Below are positions 22,361-30,304 of a stretch of DNA of 64,000 nt, one piece after another (the first letter of the stretch is position 1; every line of letters starts with the position of its first letter). Source of the stretch: Lepidodermella squamata (Eukaryota; Animalia; Gastrotricha); contig JBLDXI010000019.1 of NCBI GenBank assembly GCA_047495785.1, positions 1,860,001 through 1,924,000 of the forward strand, written 5' to 3'. Under the pieces are notes generated by a model. That model saw only the letters and a program-made list of their open reading frames with translations. It was not told where the DNA came from and ran no database searches. A program made the position numbers and the translations under genes.

Positions 22361-25297
22361 TCACGCCTCAAAGGACGGGATCGACGGCGGTCGGTCGCGG
22401 GACTCAGGCAGAGGGCCTTCGCCTAGGATGGTGTCGAGGAAAAACCGGATTGGCGAGTCACTTTTGTCATTGGGTGCATCCCGGCACCTCCGAATGATGT
22501 CGTTGAGCGGGCCATTGACTGAGACCGACTTGTTGAGGGCATTGAACGTCACGTTGCCGATTCGCTCCGTGATTGGCACGAAGCCAGGGAAAACAGCGTC
22601 GACTCGCTGTTGAAAAACGGTTGTAGGTGTCCGGCGATGAAGACCAAGAATGGCCTTGAGCGCCCGCTTCTCGATCAGTGCCAACTGCTCGAGCAGCCCA
22701 GGGTTGAGATTGGCGAAAACAGGGCAGCCGAATTCAATCAGCGGCCGAATCGTCGCTTTGTAGAACAGAAGACCGAGCTGCGGGTTTGAGGCCAGTCGCC
22801 CTCGCCGCAAAGCGGCGACTCGCGGCATCGCCTTTGCACGGACGTGCTCGACATGCCGACGCCAGTTCAGGTGCTTGTGCAGCCATACGCCCAGGTATTT
22901 GAACTCCTCGGCGCGCGGTAACGACTCGCCACAGACTTGCAGCCCAGCGCCACACTTCATGCCCCAGGCATTGAACGCGACCCATTCGCACTTGCGCGGG
23001 TTCAGGTCCAGACGCCAGCGATACGACCAACGCTCGGAGACGCGGAGGGCGCTTTGGACACGAGCGGTAACCAGCGCCTCGGGGTGACCAGTAGCCCAGA
23101 TCGCCTGGTCGTCGGCGTAGGCGGCGGCGGCGGTGCGCTTCATCGCATCGTCCGGGTTGACTTCGGCGGGAAGCGAAGTAGCTGTGTAAATAATGAACAA
23201 AATTGGTGATAACGGCGACCCTTGCGGGACGCCACAATCGCAGTTGAAGGGCTCACTGAGCTGCGACCCAACCCTGACTCGAGATTGACGGCCACGCAAG
23301 AAGTCGGAGCACCAGCGAACGACCGGCTCGGGCAGACCGAGACCTTCGAGGGCGAGTCGGAGCCCGTTGTGCCATACGCTGTCGTAGGCCGCGCGGTAGT
23401 CGAGAAAGGCGGCCACTGTCACCAGCCTTCTTCTCTCTTCGCCAGTTTCCTCGCCAGTGTCGGAGCGCCCCTCGCAAATGTCGTGTACCAAACGTAGGAT
23501 TGCATCCAGCACCGACCTCAGCCGCTGAAATCCGACCTGGCTGGCCGGCAACTTGCCGTGCTGGATGCAGAAGTCCAGCAAGTACGCTGCGATGACGGCC
23601 TCCATGAGCTTGGCGACGCACGACAGCAGCGACACCGGGCGGTACCCATCGACCGACTGGGCGGACTTGCCGGCCTTCGGGACAGGGACCACGACTGCGA
23701 CCTTCCAAGCGCTAGGGACGAAACCTGTACTAAGGCTGTAATTAAATAAAAGCAATAGGGCATCATGTAGGGCAGGTGGCCCATTTTTAATCAAAGGGTT
23801 CAATATACCATCCTCGCCTGGTGCCTTGAGGCGAAGCTTGTTGAGCTGCGCAAAGAAAGCAGCGCGCGTAATACTAATAGGCAGCGCGTGTGGCAGTGTG
23901 CGGAGTGGCCGGAGTCCTGGGTTCGAATCACACGCTGTGTCGACAGAGCGCCAAAACTCGCGATCCTCGGCGTGCGGGCTTGACCGCGGCGCGGACTTGA
24001 ACGTAGGGGCCCAGTTATTGGCGAGTGCCTGAGCCTTGTCCTCATCGCTAGCTGCCGTAGTGCCATCGGGTAACTGAAGCGGCGGTATCTCACGTCGCGT
24101 GGCCTTTTGCGATCCGAGCAGTCGTTGCGCCTGTTGCCAAGCGAGCGCCGCTTGTTGATCTCGAAACAACGCCGCGATCTGTTCCAACCGTCGTAGGTGT
24201 TCGCGGTGCTTGACCCGCCCGACTGCCTGTGCCACCGTGCGTGTCGCAGCGTTGAGGGCCGCTTTGGACGCGACACTTTGCTCGGCCGCGTGCGACTTTT
24301 CGGCCTCGGAGCGAGCGTCGATTGCTCGGCGGATGTCGTCATTGAGGCGAACAGCCGGCAATTTCGATGCGGCACATCTAGGGATCGTCGCAATTGCGGC
24401 GTCCATCATAACTTTTACTATCGCTCGTGAGAAGGTTTCAAGAGCTTCTTCCGTAGGGTCGCCGCCCTGGGGTTTGACGACAGCAAGTAGCCGCGACGAC
24501 ACATCATCTCCGTATATAGGCCAGTCGGCACGCATAAAATTGAACCGTAAATCTTCAAGCGCGATGGGTGCTAATACAGGGCCGCCCCGAGTAGGGATGG
24601 CGACGTCGGTATAGGTCACGGCGTGATCGCTGCCGTATCTGTTCGCTACAACCGGTGAGGAGTTGAACCAGTCCGCGGCGGTTTTCGAGGCCAACCAGGT
24701 ATCAAGGACACGAGGCGTGTGACCGTCCTGAAAGTGAGTAGGCGCATCCGGCGAGCTAAGCAAGGCGATATCAGAATTCTCAAGCAACTCGTCAAGAACA
24801 AGGCCGCTAGGGTTCAGCCGCTCGTTCCCAAGCACGGACGCCCAGGCGTTCAAATCACCTGCGAATATAGCTGGCGCGCTACCGAAACACAACGCATCAC
24901 GCAAAAAGGCAGTCTCGAGCTCGCTGGTCCACGGGTTATACCCGGTGGCGACAACAAATCTAGTAGCATCATCATCATTACCTAGCTCCAGGCCGACCCA
25001 CTCGCCGCGCAACTCAGGCGCAGAGATCACGGCTTTACAGCTCAGCAGCGCAGCCTCACGCACCAGTATAGCGACCCCGCCGCAGTTCGTACCACGCGGG
25101 TCTTTCCGGTCGCACCTAAATTCAACAAAACCAGTAATATTAAGAACATCACCAGCCTTAAGCCAGGTTTCGTTAAGGATAATAATATCAGGCCTAAAAA
25201 ATTCGATAATCCTAAAAAGTTCAAAAACCTTGCCACCAATGCCACGACAGTTCCATTGTAGGATTCGCAGTCGTCGGAAGCTAGCCATGGTGGACAT
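22361..25297 (-). CDS. LINE ORF2: APE endonuclease + reverse transcriptase (no RNase H or C-terminal CCHC seen)
   Basis: APE motifs LRILQWNCRG, DIIILNETWL, GDLNA, SDH. RT motifs KAPGEDG, YRPVSLLS, FLDYRAAYDSVWH, GVPQGSPLSP, YADD, KYLGV. Confidence 0.95.
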   Translation of the reverse strand: MSTMASFRRLRILQWNCRGIGGKVFELFRIIEFFRPDIIILNETWLKAGDVLNITGFVEFRCDRKDPRGTNCGGVAILVREAALLSCKAVISAPELRGEWVGLELGNDDDATRFVVATGYNPWTSELETAFLRDALCFGSAPAIFAGDLNAWASVLGNERLNPSGLVLDELLENSDIALLSSPDAPTHFQDGHTPRVLDTWLASKTAADWFNSSPVVANRYGSDHAVTYTDVAIPTRGGPVLAPIALEDLRFNFMRADWPIYGDDVSSRLLAVVKPQGGDPTEEALETFSRAIVKVMMDAAIATIPRCAASKLPAVRLNDDIRRAIDARSEAEKSHAAEQSVASKAALNAATRTVAQAVGRVKHREHLRRLEQIAALFRDQQAALAWQQAQRLLGSQKATRREIPPLQLPDGTTAASDEDKAQALANNWAPTFKSAPRSSPHAEDREFWRSVDTACDSNPGLRPLRTLPHALPISITRAAFFAQLNKLRLKAPGEDGILNPLIKNGPPALHDALLLLFNYSLSTGFVPSAWKVAVVVPVPKAGKSAQSVDGYRPVSLLSCVAKLMEAVIAAYLLDFCIQHGKLPASQVGFQRLRSVLDAILRLVHDICEGRSDTGEETGEERRRLVTVAAFLDYRAAYDSVWHNGLRLALEGLGLPEPVVRWCSDFLRGRQSRVRVGSQLSEPFNCDCGVPQGSPLSPILFIIYTATSLPAEVNPDDAMKRTAAAAYADDQAIWATGHPEALVTARVQSALRVSERWSYRWRLDLNPRKCEWVAFNAWGMKCGAGLQVCGESLPRAEEFKYLGVWLHKHLNWRRHVEHVRAKAMPRVAALRRGRLASNPQLGLLFYKATIRPLIEFGCPVFANLNPGLLEQLALIEKRALKAILGLHRRTPTTVFQQRVDAVFPGFVPITERIGNVTFNALNKSVSVNGPLNDIIRRCRDAPNDKSDSPIRFFLDTILGEGPLPESRDRPPSIPSFEA

Positions 25298-26831
25298 TGG
25301 TGGATTGCGCGGCAGAAGTTGGCAGAGCAGGCTGGCTTAAGATGTCGACGCCATACGGGCGCAGCACAGCCGAAAGGCTGCTCGCGACGTTGTCGGTCTG
25401 CATCGCCGGCGGCGGCACGTCGGCGCGAGGTAGGACGATCGGGGCCGACAGCGAGCTGTTGGCCGGCGGCGTAGGCGAGCGTGGGCGATAGCCTCCAGCA
25501 GCAGCGATGATCGCCGGCTGCAGACGAGCGAGGATGCGGTCGACGAGGCGGTCTTCGAAGTTAGCGGGCAGCTCATAGACAACCTCGCTAATCGGCTGTA
25601 TCAACGGGGCAGACGCAGGCGCAGGCGGCGGCACACCTTTCATCAGGTCCGCCACGATGGCTTCGAGGCGCACAATCATAGCAGACTGCGAAGCGACGAG
25701 GGCTCGTAACTGCTCGACTTCGGCTTGGCTCGAATTCGACGCGGCGGCAGGCGGTTGCGGCTGAATCGGCGGGAAATCGGCAGGCCCGGGTGGGACCGGC
25801 TGATGCGAAACGGCGGGTTGGCCGGCGGCCGAGCTTGCTCCGGCAGCGGCGGCAAACGACGTGCCATGGCGGCGAGCAGCGTCACCAGCGCTGCGGTTGC
25901 GAATCGCCCGAGCGCGCTCTTCATCTTCTTTTCGGAGCTTGTCGGTCTGCTGGCGAATAATCGGGCAGCCGTAGTAGTTCGCCGTGTGCTGACCATTACA
26001 CCTACTGCACCTAACACCAGTCGTACTACCACACTTGGCAGCCTCATGGCCACTACCACCACAACGAGAACACACCAACGCCTTGTTGCACTCACGCGCA
26101 TTATGCCCAATCGCCTGGCAACGCGCACATACGACGACCGACTTGGGCTTATGCTTAGGTCGAGCAATCATTCGCACGCCGAGGAAGCTGCGACCATCGC
26201 GGATCAGAGCCTTAGCCTGAGCCTCGGTCTTACACAACACGCCGAAAACGGTGCCTTTCTTCCCAACAGGCCACACTTCATCCACAATATCGGCCCAGTC
26301 GCCTAAGATATCGCTAGCCCTAACGCCACGAAAAAAATTAACGCAGATCGCTTTCCGCGATTCCTCGTCAGCTTTGCGCGCACGAGCAGCAGCGCGATCA
26401 GCAGCTTCGCCGCGCGGCTTTAATTCCTCAAGCGCTTTCTTTATATCAGGATCGAAGTCCTCATGGTCAAAGGACGTCGGGCGATGCGGCCGGGCGTTGC
26501 CGCCGAACGCGGACGCAGGCCAGCCTCTGCGCGTAAGGAGCATCTTCACTGTCGCGGCGTCTTTGCACATCAAGCCAAGTGCGCCACGACGACAGATCCA
26601 TGGCTTCGCGATCTTGGCCTCAGGTGAGACCGCTGTGAGCTCGCGCATGACGTCAACGAGCGAGTTGAACCGAGGCGAGATGCCGTCGATAATTACGATG
26701 CGCTCTCGAGCTGAGACTTTGCCAACTTGGGCAGTGAAACCGTCGCCGGCGTCACCACCTTCATCAGCGCCATCCCCGTCCGAGGTCGCGCCGTCAACGA
26801 CCATCGCATCCCCACCCCACCCCATCCGCAT
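25281..26831 (-). CDS. LINE ORF1 gag-like nucleic-acid-binding protein with three CCHC zinc knuckles
   Basis: CARCQAIGHNAREC, CSRCGGSGHEAAKC, CSRCNGQH....YGC, followed by SFAAAA and a coiled coil. Overlaps the ORF2 start by 17 nt. Confidence 0.92.
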   Translation of the reverse strand: MRMGWGGDAMVVDGATSDGDGADEGGDAGDGFTAQVGKVSARERIVIIDGISPRFNSLVDVMRELTAVSPEAKIAKPWICRRGALGLMCKDAATVKMLLTRRGWPASAFGGNARPHRPTSFDHEDFDPDIKKALEELKPRGEAADRAAARARKADEESRKAICVNFFRGVRASDILGDWADIVDEVWPVGKKGTVFGVLCKTEAQAKALIRDGRSFLGVRMIARPKHKPKSVVVCARCQAIGHNARECNKALVCSRCGGSGHEAAKCGSTTGVRCSRCNGQHTANYYGCPIIRQQTDKLRKEDEERARAIRNRSAGDAARRHGTSFAAAAGASSAAGQPAVSHQPVPPGPADFPPIQPQPPAAASNSSQAEVEQLRALVASQSAMIVRLEAIVADLMKGVPPPAPASAPLIQPISEVVYELPANFEDRLVDRILARLQPAIIAAAGGYRPRSPTPPANSSLSAPIVLPRADVPPPAMQTDNVASSLSAVLRPYGVDILSQPALPTSAAQSTNVHHG

Positions 26832-26834
26832 CCA

Positions 26835-26858
26835 TAGCCAAAAAGGCCGAGAAGCGAT
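26835..26858 (-). ncRNA. U2: U2 snRNA 5' fragment (nt 1-24, stem I)
   Basis: Reverse complement is ATCGCTTCTCGGCCTTTTTGGCTA, the conserved U2 5' end with one more T than vertebrate U2. Confidence 0.9.
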
Positions 26859-26960
26859 ACTTTTTTGGAAAAAAATTTTTGCCGGGGTCTTGGACTGTTT
26901 TTCAGCCGAACCAGCCGGCTGATTAGCATATGCACCTTGCGATTTGAAGTTTTTATTCGA
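26859..26960 (-). promoter_or_regulatory. Expected U2 snRNA proximal promoter (PSE) region
   Basis: Positional only: directly upstream of U2 +1. Contains an octamer-like ATGCTAAT at ~-70. The lineage-specific PSE cannot be verified by eye. Confidence 0.35.
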
Positions 26961-27146
26961 AAAAAACTTTCTTTTTCACAGGAGCGACTGGTAGTTTTAG
27001 TTTTAATCAGGATTGAAGCTCGCAAGCAAGTTTTTCGAAGAACTAACTTCTGAGAAAGCTATCTTAATTAACTCCCTCACCGAAGAAGCGACTTGCGGCT
27101 CTTGAGTTCAGTGAAAATAATCTATACTGAATCAAAAAGATTTAGC

Positions 27147-27220
27147 TGCCCCCTGTGAGGATCGAACTCACGACCTCCAGATTATGAGACTGGCGCTCTA
27201 GCCAACTGAGCCAAGGAGGC
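27147..27220 (-). tRNA. tRNA-Met (CAT), elongator type
   Basis: Reverse complement GCCTCCTTGGCTCAGTTGGCTAGAGCGCCAGTCTCATAATCTGG...GTTCGATCC...GGGGGCA; T5 terminator just downstream. Confidence 0.95.
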
Positions 27221-27564
27221 TGCTTGTACTTTGAGAAAAGGATGCTGCTTATAGATGATACTGGAAAATCAATAAGTTCACAAGTACAAGCGCGGATCAG
27301 TGGATCAGTAAAACTGTGTAAGAGTCCAATCGAATGAATGTGACAATGACTGGGGCGGCGTTTCCGAATTTGAAAACAGTACGAAGCGGCTCTTTTAAAG
27401 CAAATATTCTACAATGGATTGGCTTTATTTGAAAAATTATGCCTTTTCTAATAGAGATAGAAGTCGCTCACTCTGTCTGCACAGATATTTATGATGGAAA
27501 ACCGTTGGCTAGCAACACTACATCTCAAAATGTTTACTTCTTATTTGTACACTTTAAGTTGAAA

Positions 27565-27967
27565 CTATTCTGCGTCCACGTGAGTTTCAGTCGAGTTACT
27601 TGCAGAAACAGTGGGCCAAAAGTGGCCGAATGGCATGACGCTTATAACTGACGCCATAGCATGGATTGGCCGAACACATTGGCATAATTTTTTGCTCCAT
27701 TTATAATTCGTTCGACATGGCAATTCGGCATTACAGTCTGAAGAAAATCAATGTTCAAGGTCAGAGTTTAACAGCATTCAAAGACTTGCCTTTTGTATCG
27801 CATTTGCATTCCGCTGGAAGCCATACCTGGTTTTGAGGGCACACGCCTTGCGAACACCACGTGCTATTGGTATGGTACGGGCTCAGCGCGAAAAGATTTG
27901 GATGGCAAGCTTCGGTTGTAGACAGAAGCCACATTTCTACACCGATTAGAATAAGCAGAAACCTCAT
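27565..27967 (-). CDS. Small secreted Cys-rich protein with two C-x10-C-x-C repeats; 2 exons with a GC-AG intron (27789-27738); ~116 aa
   Basis: Signal peptide; repeats CPQNQVWLPAECKC and CRTNYKWSKKLCQC; AAG|gcaagt...ttcttcag|AC splicing keeps the frame. Confidence 0.7.
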
Positions 27968-28488
27968 GTTTTATGCTTTCATCAGAGGTTTCATTGCGAT
28001 TAAATATCCTCGAAACGTGAATAATAGTCTAATTTTATTCCGCAAAATCCTCATGAATTCGTGAGCATTTAATATGTTGGCATTCACATTTCACATCTAA
28101 TGAATAGTATCCGGGGGTGTTTATTATTTAAGCTGCTGCGACAATAATACCTGTGTTTTTGAAACCAACCTGTAGAGCAATACCTAATCGTTAGGGAGCG
28201 CCAACAGCAATTAGGGGAATCAAGGATTTGGGACTCCTTTAGAGACATAGTTCAAGCGCTTCATTTTCAAGACAAGTCTGCGGTTATGAACCAAAGCCAG
28301 ATTCCTAAAGTGATTAGTATCAGGAATTCCAATGTTGAAGGTTCCATTGAAGATTTTACTTTACAGTGCATATCATGGTATAGGTCTTATTATATTCCGC
28401 AACATCCTCATCCAACTCATTTGAATGCATAGGTAATGGGCGTATTAAAAATTTAGCATTTTTTAGATACAATGGATAGGATCCTATG

Positions 28489-30048
28489 CTAATTATAGTC
28501 GTCCTCATAGGAATTGGTTTCTTCCTCGCCCAAAAAATCACGGGACTTGGAAGCTTGCAGTGCTCGAGCTCCACGCTTCAGGATATCCTTAATATCAGGA
28601 TTCCTGATCGCCTTGAACCATTTCTCACTTCCGCTAACATTTTCCCGAGCCCCTTTCCTCGTAAGGAATACAACCATGGCATAGCGATTACGCTTCGCCG
28701 CCAAACGGAGCGGTGTTTCGCCTTTTTTGTCCCTTGTGGTGATTTTCGCTCCCTTTGCGGCAAGTATGCGTGCCATGTCGACATTGCCATTCGCCGCAGT
28801 CCACATCATAGCAGTCCTACCATCAGCATCCTTCGCGTCAACAGTCGAGCATTTCTGTTTCTCAAGTAGTTCCCGCACACCCTTCGTATCTGCGGGAAGT
28901 TGAAATGCAAAGGAAGAGCCGATTATAAGGTTACAATAATTTACCGTTATGCTTCGCACCGCACATTAGTTCCAGATTGTAATCCCGTTTAATGTTCGTT
29001 TTTTCGACCAGAAACTTGGCCACTTTCGTATTACAGTTGGACAGAGCTACTTGCATCATCGTTTTTCCGTCCTTGTCAGTCTCAAGAAATGCTGTGTTAT
29101 CGTTTTTGAAGAAAAGCTCAACCAGCCCGAGTAAGTTCTGGGAACAATGACATTTGCTTTCCGGCAGTTTTATAATGTTGAACTTACGTCACGAATTGCT
29201 TTTGTTACCGCGTTATCAGCCATTTCGCTTGGTCGCATCAACAACAATTCAGGGTCTCGCAATATCAAATCAGTAGCTATTGAAATCTTTGACCTCATCG
29301 GTATTGATTTCTTCATGATGAGAAACAGCAAAGGATTGACGCCCCTAGCCGCATGTTTCACCCGAATTGGCGTTCCGGCTTTGTGTAACTTCTGAAAAAT
29401 CGGCCTGTTGCAATGCGCCCGGTCGATGGCAAGGAAAATCGGCCATTGATGCTGGTCGTCGTCTTTTGACAACGCTGCAGGATCTGCATGAGCCTTCAAA
29501 ATGCTGTGAACTAGGCGGGTTCTGTTGTGGAAGATTGCGAAACCCAAGGCGGTGAAGGTTTCTGTGCCCAACGATCTCGATCTAGAAGATCTCCTATTTC
29601 TTCTTTGGGGATGTTGGGGCCATGAAACTCGGTGGGCATCGTCCTTGACATATTCTCTGCTTTCTTCATAGTCCGGAGCTGCTGTTGTCCTCTTCTTCCT
29701 ACCCCTCGACGGTCGCTTAGTTCGTGGTTCATCGTCGGCATCTTCGTAATCTGGCGCTTGCGTTGTTTTTCTCATGCTTCTTGTAGTTCTTACAATTTTA
29801 TCGGGCGTGTCATCGTTGGTCTCGCGAGGAAGGATTGGAACCGTGACTTCTATATCGTTTGGATCGACCAGGCCATTATCGAACATTTCGGCAGCTTCTT
29901 TCCACTTATGGGCCCATAGAAGTTCGACACATTTTCTATCGAGTTCATCTAGATGACCTGAATTCCCTCTCCGACATTGCGACAGAGGCGCGAAATTGGC
30001 CACGAAAAAGAAGACGAAAACCGTAAGTCGCACTATCTCATTAACCAT
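28489..30048 (-). CDS. Ankyrin-repeat protein with an N-terminal signal peptide; exons 30048-29188, 29137-28945, 28889-28489 (~484 aa)
   Basis: Ankyrin motifs TALGFAI, DADGRTAMMWTAANGNVDMARILAAKGA, DKKGETPLRLAA. Canonical introns keep the frame. Hydrophobic N-terminus LTVFVFFFVANFAPLSQC. Confidence 0.8.
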
Positions 30049-30304
30049 TGAGCGGCTATTTGGAAAATAATTCAGTTACACGTTGTATTTTCGGAATTCA
30101 AAACAAAGCACGACAGCTGAGATGTCTGAATAGTCAAGTTGGATCAATGCGCAGACACTCCTCTCGAAAATTTATTCCACAGCTAAATTTATTCCTTATG
30201 GTTACTCTGTTATCTCGAATTTGACTCTAGTACATAACGAGAGTTTTTCATCATAAATAAAAAATATCTATAAAAAGTCCCCCTGCTATTCAGAGGATTG
30301 TAAT

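Larger units (their letters stand above)
22092..26834 (-). mobile_element. Apparently intact two-ORF non-LTR retrotransposon (Jockey/I-group-like) inserted into U2 snRNA
   Basis: Bounded exactly by the U2 5' fragment (26835-26858) and the U2 3' fragment (ending 22091). Uninterrupted ORF1 and ORF2. 3' UTR of ~270 bp with AATAAA 12 nt before the junction. Visibly GC-richer than the flanks. Confidence 0.92.

Noticed and set aside
22315-26922. Many overlapping and antisense ORFs within the LINE
   Set aside because: Expected shadow ORFs of GC-rich coding sequence; they carry no motifs.
21727-27220. LINE targeting tRNA genes (TRE/Dewa-like), since tRNAs flank it
   Set aside because: Both junctions fall inside U2; the tRNAs are ~300 bp away from the element ends.
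28995-29006. Suspected frameshift in the ankyrin gene exon 2 homopolymer
   Set aside because: Recounting gives six A residues, which keeps the frame open.
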